Assembly: GCA_016463375.1 (NCBI GenBank)
Contig: JAEMRK010000001.1
Location: 17,604-81,603, forward strand
DNA: 64,000 nucleotides
Reading direction: 5' to 3'
DNA from: Parachlamydiales bacterium
GTDB lineage: Bacteria > Chlamydiota > Chlamydiia > Chlamydiales > JAEMRK01
Numbering within the stretch: the stretch's first letter is position 1; the number at the start of each line of letters is the position of its first letter. Position numbers and translations under genes: made by a program. The notes below the pieces were generated by a model. It did no database searches. It was not told the DNA's origin and saw only the letters and a list, made by a program, of their open reading frames with translations. Of the stretch, positions 48,602 through 58,107 are shown in pieces.

Positions 48602-49888
48602 ATGGAATTTTCCCACCCTAAAGGCACATATGATCTCATTCCTTTCGCCTCTGATCCAAAGGATCGATGGCGCTCGAGTTATTTGTGGCATCATGTGGAA
48701 AAATTCATTAAAGATTGTTGCGCTCTTTATGGTGTTAAAGAAATTAGAACACCTATTTTTGAAAAAAAAGAATTATTTTGTCGTAGCGTTGGTCAAGATA
48801 CCGACATCGTTTCTAAAGAGATGTATGAATTTCAAGATCGCGCCGGACGCGATATGGTTTTGCGTCCTGAAGGTACCGCTGCTGTTTCAAGAGCTTATGT
48901 CGAAGAAAAACTCTACATCTCAAATCCCATTCAAAAACTTTATTACATAGGACCTATGTTTCGCTATGAACGCCCTCAATCGGGTCGCTATCGCCAACAT
49001 ATTCAATTTGGTGCGGAATTTATAGGATCCAATGCTGCTGAAGTCGACGTGGAAGCAATAGATCTTCTTTACACTCTTTATTCAAATTTAGGCTTAAAAG
49101 GTCTTAAAGTTCAAATTAACAGCGTTGGAGATGCCAAAGCACGTTCCGAATTTCGCCAAGCGTTAAAAGATTATCTAGCGCCGTTTGCACAAAACTTATC
49201 TGCTGATAGCCAAACACGCTTAGAAAAAAATCCTCTACGCATTCTAGATTCTAAGGATTTAAACGATCAGAAGATTTTAGAAAATGCTCCAGCGCTTGAA
49301 AATTACTTGTCAGCTGAATGTAAAGAACATTTTGCGCGCGTATTATTTTTGTTAAAACAACTTAATATCCCTTACATTATCAATCCAAAACTTGTCAGAG
49401 GGTTAGACTACTACCACCGCACAGTTTTTGAAATCACTGCTGGTGAGCTTGGAGCTCAAAACAGTGTTGCGGGTGGTGGTCGTTATGATGGTTTAATTAA
49501 AACACTCGGGGGCCCTGATTTACCAGCAGTCGGTTTTGCAACTGGTCTTGAAAGAGTGATACAAACATTGATTGCGCAAAATGCCCCTATACCTAACAAA
49601 CCTACAACCGATCTCTTCTTAATTGGGATGGGCGATATCGCCAAAGAGACTTGCTTCTTGTTGATGAAAGAACTTCGCACAGCAAATATTAGTGTAGAGA
49701 TGGACTTTTCTTCGAAAAAGATCAAAGATCTTTTTCGCATGGCTGACCAATTAGGTGCTAAATACACAGCAGTAATTGGTGATAATGAACTGTTAAATAA
49801 AAAAATAGCAATTAAAGATATGGCTTCACGTACTGAGACTACTGTACCTCTGGATCAAGTTGTTCATTTTTTTCACAAAGCGCAATAG
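48602..49888 (+). CDS. hisS: Histidyl-tRNA synthetase
   Basis: Class II motifs (LRPEGTA; FRYERPQSGRYRQH; GGGRYDGL). Confidence 0.95.
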   Translation: MEFSHPKGTYDLIPFASDPKDRWRSSYLWHHVEKFIKDCCALYGVKEIRTPIFEKKELFCRSVGQDTDIVSKEMYEFQDRAGRDMVLRPEGTAAVSRAYVEEKLYISNPIQKLYYIGPMFRYERPQSGRYRQHIQFGAEFIGSNAAEVDVEAIDLLYTLYSNLGLKGLKVQINSVGDAKARSEFRQALKDYLAPFAQNLSADSQTRLEKNPLRILDSKDLNDQKILENAPALENYLSAECKEHFARVLFLLKQLNIPYIINPKLVRGLDYYHRTVFEITAGELGAQNSVAGGGRYDGLIKTLGGPDLPAVGFATGLERVIQTLIAQNAPIPNKPTTDLFLIGMGDIAKETCFLLMKELRTANISVEMDFSSKKIKDLFRMADQLGAKYTAVIGDNELLNKKIAIKDMASRTETTVPLDQVVHFFHKAQ

Positions 49889-49902
49889 ATTTTAAGGAAT
49901 AT

Positions 49903-51672
49903 ATGTTTGATTTTCGCCGTAGCCACGATTGTGGGGCACTTAAAAAAGAAGATATCGGTCAATCAGTGACTTTGTCAGGATGGGTACATCGTAGACGCGA
50001 TCATGGCGGCGTTATTTTTATCGATTTGCGCGACCGTTTTGGACTGACACAACTTGTCATCGATCCACACACCGGTGAAAAGCTTTATGCCATGGCTAAT
50101 CAGTTGCGTCAAGAATGGGTTATTTCTGTTAAAGGTAAAGTGATTGCTCGCCAAGAAGGCATGTCTAATCCCAAAATGAAGACGGGCGATATCGAAATTG
50201 ACGTGAATGATTTAGATATATTATCAAAAAGTAAAGTCCCACCTTTTACAATTGCCGATGAAAATCTTAATGTTAACGATGAACTTCGTTTAAAATATCG
50301 CTATCTTGATATGCGTCGTGGCCCTATTTTAGATAACTTGATTCTTCGTCATAAAACGATGATGTGTGTTCGCAAATTCATGGATAATAACCAATTCGTT
50401 GAAGTGACAACACCGCTTCTTGGCAAGTCAACCCCTGAAGGTTCAAGAGACTATTTAGTGCCCTCTCGCATTCATCCGGGCCACTTCTATGCACTTCCTC
50501 AGTCACCTCAGCTTTTCAAACAAATTTTAATGGTGGGCGGACTTGATCGCTATTTTCAAATCGCACCTTGTTTGCGCGATGAAGATTTGAGAGCTGATCG
50601 TCAGCCTGAGTTTAGCCAAATCGATATGGAGATGAGTTTTGCAACTAAAGAAGAGTTGTTTAAACTTGTTGAAGGGTTAATGCACTCTATTTTTAAAGAG
50701 TGTCGAGGGCTTGAAATTCAAACGCCATTTAGACATATAACTCATCATGACTGTTTAGAAAATTATGGAACAGATAAACCTGACTTACGTTTTGGGATGT
50801 CTTTAAAAACTATTGATGACATTGCGAAGCACTCAACTGGCACATTATTTATAGAAGCTATTGAGAGTGGCAATACTGTTAAAGGATTCTGTGTAAAAGG
50901 CGGAGCTGATTTATCTAGAAAAACATTAGAAGATTATGTCGCTTTTGTAAATCTACTCGGTGTTAAGGGTGTCGCTTGGATGAAGCGTCAAGGCAATGAA
51001 TTAACAACAGGTGTTGCAAAGTTTTTCCCTGTGGAACAACAAGCACAACTCATTGAGCGCTTTGACATGCAAGAAGGTGATTTGTTGTTAATTGTTGCTG
51101 ATGAAAAATCACTCACCAACAAAGCGCTTGATCATTTAAGACGCCGCATTGCTAAAGAACGTAATTTGATCAAGCCAGACCATTTTGAGTTTTTATGGGT
51201 CACTGAATTCCCGCTATTTAATTGGAATGCTGAAGAGCAACGTATCGAATCCGAACACCACCCTTTTACATCCCCTCTGTTTGAAGATATCCATTTATTA
51301 AAAACTGACCCATTGAAAGTACGCTCGTTAAGCTACGACCTTGTTTTAAATGGCTATGAATTAGCATCAGGGTCTCAGCGTATTCACAACGGCGATCTAC
51401 AACAAACAATTTTTGAACAACTTAAATTAACTGCTGATGAGATCAATCAACGCTTTGGATTTTTTATAGAAGCTTTAAGCTACGGCACTCCACCACATCT
51501 GGGAGCGGCTTTAGGTTTTGATCGAATTATTATGTTATTGATTGGAACTGACAACATACGAGAAGTAATTGCTTTTCCTAAAACTCAAAAAGCCACCGAT
51601 TTAATGATGGAAGCGCCATCTGATATCCCTGAAAAACAGCTAAAAGAATTAAAATTGCGCATTTTGAGTTAA
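49903..51672 (+). CDS. aspS: Aspartyl-tRNA synthetase
   Basis: OB anticodon-binding domain, QSPQLFKQ, FRDEDLRADRQPEFSQ, and GSQRIH...GAALGFDR. Confidence 0.95.
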   Translation: MFDFRRSHDCGALKKEDIGQSVTLSGWVHRRRDHGGVIFIDLRDRFGLTQLVIDPHTGEKLYAMANQLRQEWVISVKGKVIARQEGMSNPKMKTGDIEIDVNDLDILSKSKVPPFTIADENLNVNDELRLKYRYLDMRRGPILDNLILRHKTMMCVRKFMDNNQFVEVTTPLLGKSTPEGSRDYLVPSRIHPGHFYALPQSPQLFKQILMVGGLDRYFQIAPCLRDEDLRADRQPEFSQIDMEMSFATKEELFKLVEGLMHSIFKECRGLEIQTPFRHITHHDCLENYGTDKPDLRFGMSLKTIDDIAKHSTGTLFIEAIESGNTVKGFCVKGGADLSRKTLEDYVAFVNLLGVKGVAWMKRQGNELTTGVAKFFPVEQQAQLIERFDMQEGDLLLIVADEKSLTNKALDHLRRRIAKERNLIKPDHFEFLWVTEFPLFNWNAEEQRIESEHHPFTSPLFEDIHLLKTDPLKVRSLSYDLVLNGYELASGSQRIHNGDLQQTIFEQLKLTADEINQRFGFFIEALSYGTPPHLGAALGFDRIIMLLIGTDNIREVIAFPKTQKATDLMMEAPSDIPEKQLKELKLRILS

Positions 51673-51722
51673 ATCGATTAAGATATTATTATTATTTTTG
51701 TTCCCTTAGGAGGAATCTTTTC

Positions 51723-52562
51723 ATGACCATTCGGGATTTTTTAAAGAGCTCCATTTGCTTGCCTCTACTAGCTGTAGGCGCTACTGCTTTTGCACCAGTT
51801 TGGGGTGATGTACCATCCAAACAACCAGCGCAAGTGCACGATGTCAAAGACAGTTCAACCAAAATTGCTGTAGCCTCTAGCGATTTGCAAGACCAATCTA
51901 AATCTAATGAAGATACAATCGATGTTTCCCGTGTTTCTGAAGCTTTCGGACATTTGATTGTGACAAACCTAGAAAATCCAGGATTTCATTTTAATATCGA
52001 CGCTATTATTAAAGGTATGAAAGACGCAGTAGCAGGTCTTCCTTCCCCTATGACAGAAGATCAGTACGAAAAAGCAATCACGTCGATCCAAGAAAAAATC
52101 TTTAGCGAAATGGCATCGCGTAATATGTCTGAAGCCAACGCCTTTTTAGATAAGAATCGTCGAGAAGCCGGTATAGTAGTTGTTGAAGAAGGTAAACTTC
52201 AATACCGTGTCACACAACCAGGACAAGGTAAAGAAGTGCCTCAAGATGGCACTCCATTAATTACTTATACAGGACGATATCTTGATGGAACAGTTTTTGG
52301 AAGTTCACAAGAAAGTGGTGCTCCAGTCACTCTACCGCTTGATCGCACTATTCCAGGTTTTCGTAAAGGTTTAGTTGGAATGAAAGAAGGCGAAAAACGC
52401 ACTCTTTACATCCATCCTGATCTAGCCTACGGCATGTCTGGACACCTTCCTCCAAACTCACTTCTTGTTTTTGAAATTGAAGTGATTGAAGCAAACCGCG
52501 AAGTTGCTACATCAGATGATGCTAAAACACCCGATGCTTCTGCAACAGAAGCTATACGTTAA
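51723..52562 (+). CDS. mip: FKBP-type peptidyl-prolyl isomerase (Mip-like)
   Basis: Signal sequence, a Mip N-terminal dimerisation-like region, and an FKBP domain (YTGRYLDGTVFGSS; IPGFRKGLVGMKEGEKR; LVFEIEV). Confidence 0.85.
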   Translation: MTIRDFLKSSICLPLLAVGATAFAPVWGDVPSKQPAQVHDVKDSSTKIAVASSDLQDQSKSNEDTIDVSRVSEAFGHLIVTNLENPGFHFNIDAIIKGMKDAVAGLPSPMTEDQYEKAITSIQEKIFSEMASRNMSEANAFLDKNRREAGIVVVEEGKLQYRVTQPGQGKEVPQDGTPLITYTGRYLDGTVFGSSQESGAPVTLPLDRTIPGFRKGLVGMKEGEKRTLYIHPDLAYGMSGHLPPNSLLVFEIEVIEANREVATSDDAKTPDASATEAIR

Positions 52563-52570
52563 GGTTTTAC

Positions 52571-52600
52571 AGCCGCGCTAAAACGCGCGGCTTATAATTT
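52571..52600 (+). terminator. Rho-independent terminator after mip
   Basis: GC-rich 8-bp stem AGCCGCGC/GCGCGGCT (52571-52592), followed by TATAATTT. Confidence 0.6.
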
Positions 52601-52602
52601 CT

Positions 52603-53058
52603 ATGAAACTTATTTTATTCCAGCCTCAGATTCCACAAAATACTGGTAATGCAGTTCGCACATGTGCTGTAACTGGTACCGATTTAATTCTTGTTCACCC
52701 TTTAGGTTTTGATATTTCATCAAGATCGTTAAAAAGAGCGGGACTCGATTACTGGGAAGGTGTTAATGTAGAATCGATCGAAGATCTTTTTACGTATCTA
52801 GAACAACAAACTGTTCCTTTTTATTTTTTCTCTTCTAAAGCCAAAAAACTTTACACGGATGTTTCTTATACAACTGATAGCATTTTGATATTTGGTTCTG
52901 AAACGAAAGGATTACCTGATATATTTTTTGAGCGATGGCCAGAAAAGTTTGTCACACTGCCCATGAAAGAAGGTGTTCGTTGTTTGAATTTAGCAACAAG
53001 TGTCGGTATTGGTTTATATGAAGCTTGGAGACAAACGAATTTTTCTAACTCAAAGTGA
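52603..53058 (+). CDS. trmL: SpoU/TrmL-type tRNA 2'-O-methyltransferase
   Basis: At 151 aa it has an N-terminus IPQNTGNAVRTC and SPOUT motifs LIFGSETKGL and LNLATSVGIGLYEA. Confidence 0.85.
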   Translation: MKLILFQPQIPQNTGNAVRTCAVTGTDLILVHPLGFDISSRSLKRAGLDYWEGVNVESIEDLFTYLEQQTVPFYFFSSKAKKLYTDVSYTTDSILIFGSETKGLPDIFFERWPEKFVTLPMKEGVRCLNLATSVGIGLYEAWRQTNFSNSK

Positions 53059-53883
53059 TACGATAACAAGTCCTAATTGGTTAGCGATATCAATCGTTTC
53101 AGCATCAATCAAAAGTGTCTTATCTTTTTCGATTGCTAATGCTGCAGCGCCAATTTTATTAAGCTTTTGAATGGTGTTAATACCAATTACTGGTACATCG
53201 AAACGCATATCTTGATTGGGTTTTGCCATCTTCACAACAACACATCCGCTACCTGCAATATGTCCTGCACGCTCTAAGCAAGAATCAGTCCCTTCCATAG
53301 CTTCTACGGCAACAATAGTTTTGTTTTTTACAACAACCGTCTGTCCGATATCTAATTGACCCATAGCTTTTGCAATATCTTTTCCAAAAATAATATCGTC
53401 TAAAACTTTAGAAGAGGGCTTAAGCTTTGTCAATAATCCTTCCTTTGCCAAATATTTTTTAAGATATTTTGTAGAATCAATCACGTGTACCCCTTTTCTT
53501 TCAAAAGCATCGACAATGCCATGCAATAAATTATCAGTACGAAAATCTGGTAAACTTAACCAAATTCTTAAGGTTGTCCAATCAAATTTAAAAAAAGACA
53601 AAGAAAATACAAAGCGGTGACGAATACGTCCTGCCATAATAAGTTCTTTCACATCGTGTTTTAAACAAGCTCGAATTGCCTTACCAACTTGAGTAAGCTG
53701 AATAAAAATATATTCGTCGGCTTTGTTGATAAGATCTTGAGGTGTGATTCCAGGGACAGCTAAAAGAAAGACTTTGCCACCTTGCCGATGAATTTCATCG
53801 GCAATGGTAAGCGGCATTTTTCCTTCCCCTCCAATTAAAGCTATCGGAGAGTTAGGTGTAATATTACAGAGCTGATTGGACAA
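53050..53883 (-). CDS. lpxI: UDP-2,3-diacylglucosamine pyrophosphatase LpxI (DUF1009 family)
   Basis: IALIGGEGKMP, LDIGQTVVVKNKTIVAVEAMEGTD and AKPNQDMRFDVPVIGINT match my recollection of LpxI conserved blocks. Confidence 0.75.
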   Translation of the reverse strand: MSNQLCNITPNSPIALIGGEGKMPLTIADEIHRQGGKVFLLAVPGITPQDLINKADEYIFIQLTQVGKAIRACLKHDVKELIMAGRIRHRFVFSLSFFKFDWTTLRIWLSLPDFRTDNLLHGIVDAFERKGVHVIDSTKYLKKYLAKEGLLTKLKPSSKVLDDIIFGKDIAKAMGQLDIGQTVVVKNKTIVAVEAMEGTDSCLERAGHIAGSGCVVVKMAKPNQDMRFDVPVIGINTIQKLNKIGAAALAIEKDKTLLIDAETIDIANQLGLVIVSL

Positions 53884-54193
53884 GAGCTTTTAAAGCTGTA
53901 GCATCTTTTAAACCAACAACACGATTGACCTCTTCGCCATTTTTGAAAAGAATCAAAGTTGGTATAGACGTGATCCCGTATTTACCAGCTGTCTTTTCAG
54001 CTTTATCAGTATCAACTTTTGCAAATTTAGCTTTGGATTCTAACTCTTGAGCAACTTTTTCAAGAATTGGGGCCATCATACGACAGGGTCCACACCAATC
54101 AGCGTAAAAATCAACAAGTGTCACTCCGGTACTAATTCCATCTTTAAAGTTATCATCATTAAGAGGAACGATATGTTCTTTGTCTGCGGCCAT
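53864..54193 (-). CDS. trxA: Thioredoxin
   Basis: Active site WCGPCRM. The start is set at the ATG at 54193, preceded by GGTGAGG. Confidence 0.9.
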   Translation of the reverse strand: MAADKEHIVPLNDDNFKDGISTGVTLVDFYADWCGPCRMMAPILEKVAQELESKAKFAKVDTDKAEKTAGKYGITSIPTLILFKNGEEVNRVVGLKDATALKALVQSAL

Positions 54194-54261
54194 AGCCTCA
54201 CCATTTAAAATAATCAATATAACTTATCCCACAATGATGGCATAGTTTAACTATTTATTTC

Positions 54262-54290
54262 TAGACAAAACGGTATTGTTTGGATAGAAT
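54262..54290 (+). promoter_or_regulatory. Putative promoter for tRNA-Leu(CAG)
   Basis: TAGACA (54262-54267), a 17-nt spacer, then TAGAAT (54285-54290), ~15 nt before the mature tRNA 5' end. Confidence 0.4.
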
Positions 54291-54304
54291 AACGGCCCTT
54301 TTAC

Positions 54305-54388
54305 GCGGCCATGGCGGAATTGGTAGACGCGCTAGATTCAGGTTCTAGTCGGGGAAACTCGGTGGATGTTCGAGTCATCTTGGCCGCA
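54305..54388 (+). tRNA. tRNA-Leu (anticodon CAG), class II with long variable arm
   Basis: Acceptor GCGGCCA/TGGCCGC, D-loop GGAATTGGTAGA, anticodon stem-loop CTAGA-TTCAGGT-TCTAG, and T arm GGATG-TTCGAGT-CATCT. Discriminator is A. Confidence 0.9.
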
Positions 54389-54416
54389 TAATAAATATGA
54401 ACCGCAACCGATTCTA

Positions 54417-55040
54417 ATGGCAGTGAATATTAAATTAGATGAACCTATAGCTTTAATTGCAGCTGGTGAATTTTGCAACTCCTTAGCAAAAGAACTATCG
54501 CAATATCCAACACTTGTCGCAATTGATGGCGGCATGAATCATTTAAAAAAACTTAACATCACACCTCATTTAATCGTCGGCGATCTTGATTCCATCGAAC
54601 ACTACGATTCATCTATTGAGACGTGGAAATTAGATATTCACAAAGATCATTCTGATTTAGAAATTGCAATCATGCGTTTGTTTGAAGCTGGTGCGCATTC
54701 TTTAAATATCTATGGAGCTTTAGGTGGCCGAGCAGATCATGCGCTTTATAATTTAAGATTAGCTTGTCAATATGCAGGACAAATCATTTTAGTGACACCC
54801 AAACAAACTATTCGCGCTCTTAAAAAAAATTACTCAAAGCGACTAGCTGTGGGCAAAACTATTTCTTTGATGCCACTTATTGACTCTGTCACCAATGTTA
54901 AAACAAACGGTTTAAAATGGCCTTTAAATGGCCAAAATTTATCTGCAAGTTTTTGTTCATTATCAAATGTGACTAGTGCAGAAGAGTATTCTATAACTTT
55001 TGATCAAGGCACTCCCCTTCTTTTTGAAGAAAAGAATTAA
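54417..55040 (+). CDS. Thiamine pyrophosphokinase
   Basis: VGDLDSI, KDHSDLEIA and GALGGRADH motifs. The start is moved to the ATG at 54417 so the CDS no longer overlaps the tRNA. Confidence 0.75.
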   Translation: MAVNIKLDEPIALIAAGEFCNSLAKELSQYPTLVAIDGGMNHLKKLNITPHLIVGDLDSIEHYDSSIETWKLDIHKDHSDLEIAIMRLFEAGAHSLNIYGALGGRADHALYNLRLACQYAGQIILVTPKQTIRALKKNYSKRLAVGKTISLMPLIDSVTNVKTNGLKWPLNGQNLSASFCSLSNVTSAEEYSITFDQGTPLLFEEKN

Positions 55041-55702
55041 GGGGGGAATCCTTGAGCTCCATTGTCATACCATTGCTTAAGATCAAGTATAGCTTGATAT
55101 AATCTTTGAGCTACTTTTTCTTGTGCTTCTTTGCGATCCATCTGAGAGTATTCATTAAGATCAATTGCCGATCCAAAGACTACAGCAACTTTTCCAAAAA
55201 GTTTTGGTGCTTTTCTTTGTCGTCCCCATGCATCATATGTCCCGTAAACGTAGACTGGAATTATAGGAACGTTTGATCGCAATGCAATAAATGCAATGCC
55301 TCCTTTAAAAGGAGCAAGCTGTCCATCTGGAGTGCGTGTTCCTTCAGGAAAAATTAAAACCTTTTTCCCTTCCTTCAATAATTTACATATTAACTTAATA
55401 GAATTGAGATCACTTCCACCGCCTGCTACGGGATGAGCATGAGCTTTGCGTATAAGATATCCAAAAACAGGATGCTTGAATAAACTCTCACGAGCTAAAA
55501 AATGGATGTCATCAGGACATGCAACACCAACTAATGGAGGATCAAAATAGGACGTGTGATTGGCGGCAAGTATGGCTCCGCCATGAAAAAAATCTTTAGG
55601 TAAATAGACTTGATTTTTATAAAAAATACGAAAATACATGCGAAATAAAGCACGTCCAAATCGAAAAATCATCGTCATTTTTAGAGCCTTTTTTGATACC
55701 AC
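55037..55702 (-). CDS. plsC: 1-acyl-sn-glycerol-3-phosphate acyltransferase
   Basis: HxxxxD motif NHTSYFDP and FPEGTRT. Confidence 0.85.
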   Translation of the reverse strand: MVSKKALKMTMIFRFGRALFRMYFRIFYKNQVYLPKDFFHGGAILAANHTSYFDPPLVGVACPDDIHFLARESLFKHPVFGYLIRKAHAHPVAGGGSDLNSIKLICKLLKEGKKVLIFPEGTRTPDGQLAPFKGGIAFIALRSNVPIIPVYVYGTYDAWGRQRKAPKLFGKVAVVFGSAIDLNEYSQMDRKEAQEKVAQRLYQAILDLKQWYDNGAQGFPP

Positions 55703-56346
55703 TGTTGAATAATGACTTCTACGACTTGCTCAATATTTAGATTCGTACAGTCGAGTAAGAAAGCATCGTCTGCTTTTTTTAAAGGAGCAATGGCTCGAGA
55801 TGAGTCATAAGCATCTCTTCGAATTATATCTTGTAATATTTGCTCTTGACTCATCTCAAAATCATTCTTTCCAATTAGTTCCAAATAACGTCGTGTAGCT
55901 CTAACCTGTGCAGATGCTGTTAAAAAAACCTTCATATCTGCATCTGGAAAGACGACCGTTCCCATATCACGCCCTTCAAAAACGGCATTCATGTTTTGAG
56001 CTAATTTTTGCTGCCATTGTAACAATTCACTTCTGACAAAATCCATCGCAGAAATTTCTGATACATGTGTAGTTATAATTTGAGATCGAATTTCATCAGT
56101 TATATCTTCACCATTTAAAATGTAATGCTCTTGGCCATCTTCGTTTTTAATTTCATAATTAAGATGACGCAAACATTCTTTTAAGGATTCAGTATCCTGA
56201 AAGGCCAAATTATTATTTATGAATGCATAAGTCACTGCACGAAACATTGCACCTGTATTAAAAAATACAAAGCCTAATTTTTTTGCCACTAATTTAGCTA
56301 TTGTGCTTTTCCCCGTACCAGACGGTCCATCAATTGTGATGATCAT
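55681..56346 (-). CDS. cmk: Cytidylate kinase
   Basis: P-loop ITIDGPSGTGKST and GRDMGTVVFPDA. Confidence 0.9.
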   Translation of the reverse strand: MIITIDGPSGTGKSTIAKLVAKKLGFVFFNTGAMFRAVTYAFINNNLAFQDTESLKECLRHLNYEIKNEDGQEHYILNGEDITDEIRSQIITTHVSEISAMDFVRSELLQWQQKLAQNMNAVFEGRDMGTVVFPDADMKVFLTASAQVRATRRYLELIGKNDFEMSQEQILQDIIRRDAYDSSRAIAPLKKADDAFLLDCTNLNIEQVVEVIIQQWYQKRL

Positions 56347-57206
56347 CCAAGTATTCCTGATTTTAGGAAGAATAATAAAAGTGGTGCTGTGAATAATATG
56401 GCATCAAGCAAATCTAAAACCCCACCCATTCCAGGAAGATTGTGGCCACTATCTTTAATTTTAGCATCACGCTTAAACAAAGATTCAGCCACATCGCCAA
56501 CTTGTCCAAATATGGCAATGAGTACACCCAACCATAAAGCCTGAATTAATGTGATGTTCAAAGGAGATACAGGTTTGGATTGCGCTAGATAATAAAGAAT
56601 TAAGCTTGCAGCTACCGAAAAGATAATACCGCCAATAGATCCTTCCCATGTTTTTTTGGGACTCAATTTTTTTGCTAGTTTATGACTACCGATCCATTTG
56701 CCAATGAAAAATCCACCGACATCACTCATTTTAGTCACAACTATCAAATACACTAACCACCAACGGCCATCATAATACTGCTCTGGCAAAAAGAAATAGG
56801 TGATACATACGAGGCATGACATCGGTACTGCTACATAAAGTAGGCCAAAAACAGATGTCGATATATTAACAATAGCAGACTCTATCCCGTGAAATTGCTT
56901 TAAAATAAACGCTAAAAAAGCAACTCCTAAAACAACAGATGGCAAATACGTATAATCATAATAATTAGAGCTGACTAACGTGCTGAATATAAATATAACT
57001 GTAAATACAACACCAGTACGAGCCATGGGTTGGAAACCCTTAAGTTTGGCCATTTGGTAAAATTCCCAAACTCCCATAGCAGCTAAAGCTGCGATCATGG
57101 CGACAAAAACGGGCTTAAATGCTGGATATGTTGAAAAAGGAATGAAGATGCAAAGAAAGACTATTGCCATTGCGCTAGTCATTATCCGGCGTTTTAGTTC
57201 ATTCAT
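56343..57206 (-). CDS. cdsA: Phosphatidate cytidylyltransferase
   Basis: A polytopic membrane protein with a CDS signature region, SLFKRDAKIKDSGHNLPGMGGVLDLLD. Confidence 0.9.
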   Translation of the reverse strand: MNELKRRIMTSAMAIVFLCIFIPFSTYPAFKPVFVAMIAALAAMGVWEFYQMAKLKGFQPMARTGVVFTVIFIFSTLVSSNYYDYTYLPSVVLGVAFLAFILKQFHGIESAIVNISTSVFGLLYVAVPMSCLVCITYFFLPEQYYDGRWWLVYLIVVTKMSDVGGFFIGKWIGSHKLAKKLSPKKTWEGSIGGIIFSVAASLILYYLAQSKPVSPLNITLIQALWLGVLIAIFGQVGDVAESLFKRDAKIKDSGHNLPGMGGVLDLLDAILFTAPLLLFFLKSGILG

Positions 57207-57209
57207 GCT

Positions 57210-57986
57210 CTACTTCCCCCTACGGCGGTTACGTTTTTGAAAACTAAGTAGAATATCTAACAAATGATCTCTATTAAAATCTGGCCACAAAGTATCTGTA
57301 AAAAATAACTCTGCATAGTGCTGTTGCCATAATAAGAAATTACTTGTTCGCATTTCTCCACTTGTTCGTATCAAAATATCTAAATCTCCCCAAGGGCTCG
57401 TATCAAGATGCTCTGAAATTGTTTGCTCAGTGATTGACTCTGGAGTTATTTTCCCTTCTAAACAGTTTTGACTAATTTTTGCAACAGCTCGGCGAATTTC
57501 GTCTCTTCCCCCGTAATTTAATGCTAAGACTAAATTAATCGATTTACAATGAGATGTTTCTTGTTTGGTATATTCCAATAAGTCTTTTAATTTTTGAGGG
57601 AAGGGATCCAATAATCCAATCGTTTGTAAGCTAACATCGTTGAGTAACATGTTGGCTTTTTGTTCGATCAGAAAATGCTCAAAAATTTCAAAGAGGGCTT
57701 CTCTTTCCTCTTCTGGCCGATGCCAATTTTCAGTTGAAAACGAATAAACTGTTAGAGTCTTAATACCTAAGTCTTTGGCTGACTCGACAATTTCAATTAG
57801 AGTCTGGGCGCCAGCCCAATGTCCATAATAATGAGAAACGCCATTATCAGCAGCCCAACGTCGATTCCCATCCATAATAATTCCGACATGGGATGGTGAG
57901 GTTTTAATATTTAATAACTTTAATTTTTTATTAAAAATAAAATCATCACTTTGCTTTTCAATAGTTTGACTCGTTTCAATTTGCAC
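57210..57986 (-). CDS. uppS: Undecaprenyl pyrophosphate synthase
   Basis: Contains HVGIIMDGNRRWA and RTSGEMRTSNFLLWQ. It has a GTG start. Confidence 0.9.
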   Translation of the reverse strand: MQIETSQTIEKQSDDFIFNKKLKLLNIKTSPSHVGIIMDGNRRWAADNGVSHYYGHWAGAQTLIEIVESAKDLGIKTLTVYSFSTENWHRPEEEREALFEIFEHFLIEQKANMLLNDVSLQTIGLLDPFPQKLKDLLEYTKQETSHCKSINLVLALNYGGRDEIRRAVAKISQNCLEGKITPESITEQTISEHLDTSPWGDLDILIRTSGEMRTSNFLLWQQHYAELFFTDTLWPDFNRDHLLDILLSFQKRNRRRGK

Positions 57987-58107
57987 TATCAGTTAACCTA
58001 ATCTTTTAAAATTTAGAATTAGGATAACCTAAATGGTTTTTTTTCTAAAAGCAACAAATGGCTTCGAACTTGCCTAAAATGAGTGATATTAATATGATTT
58101 TCGAACC

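Noticed and set aside
54338-54535. 65-aa minus-strand ORF, and the 54366 start of the plus-strand ORF, both overlapping tRNA-Leu(CAG)
   Set aside because: Both overlap a well-formed tRNA. The minus ORF has no support, and the plus ORF is better started at the ATG at 54417, after the tRNA.
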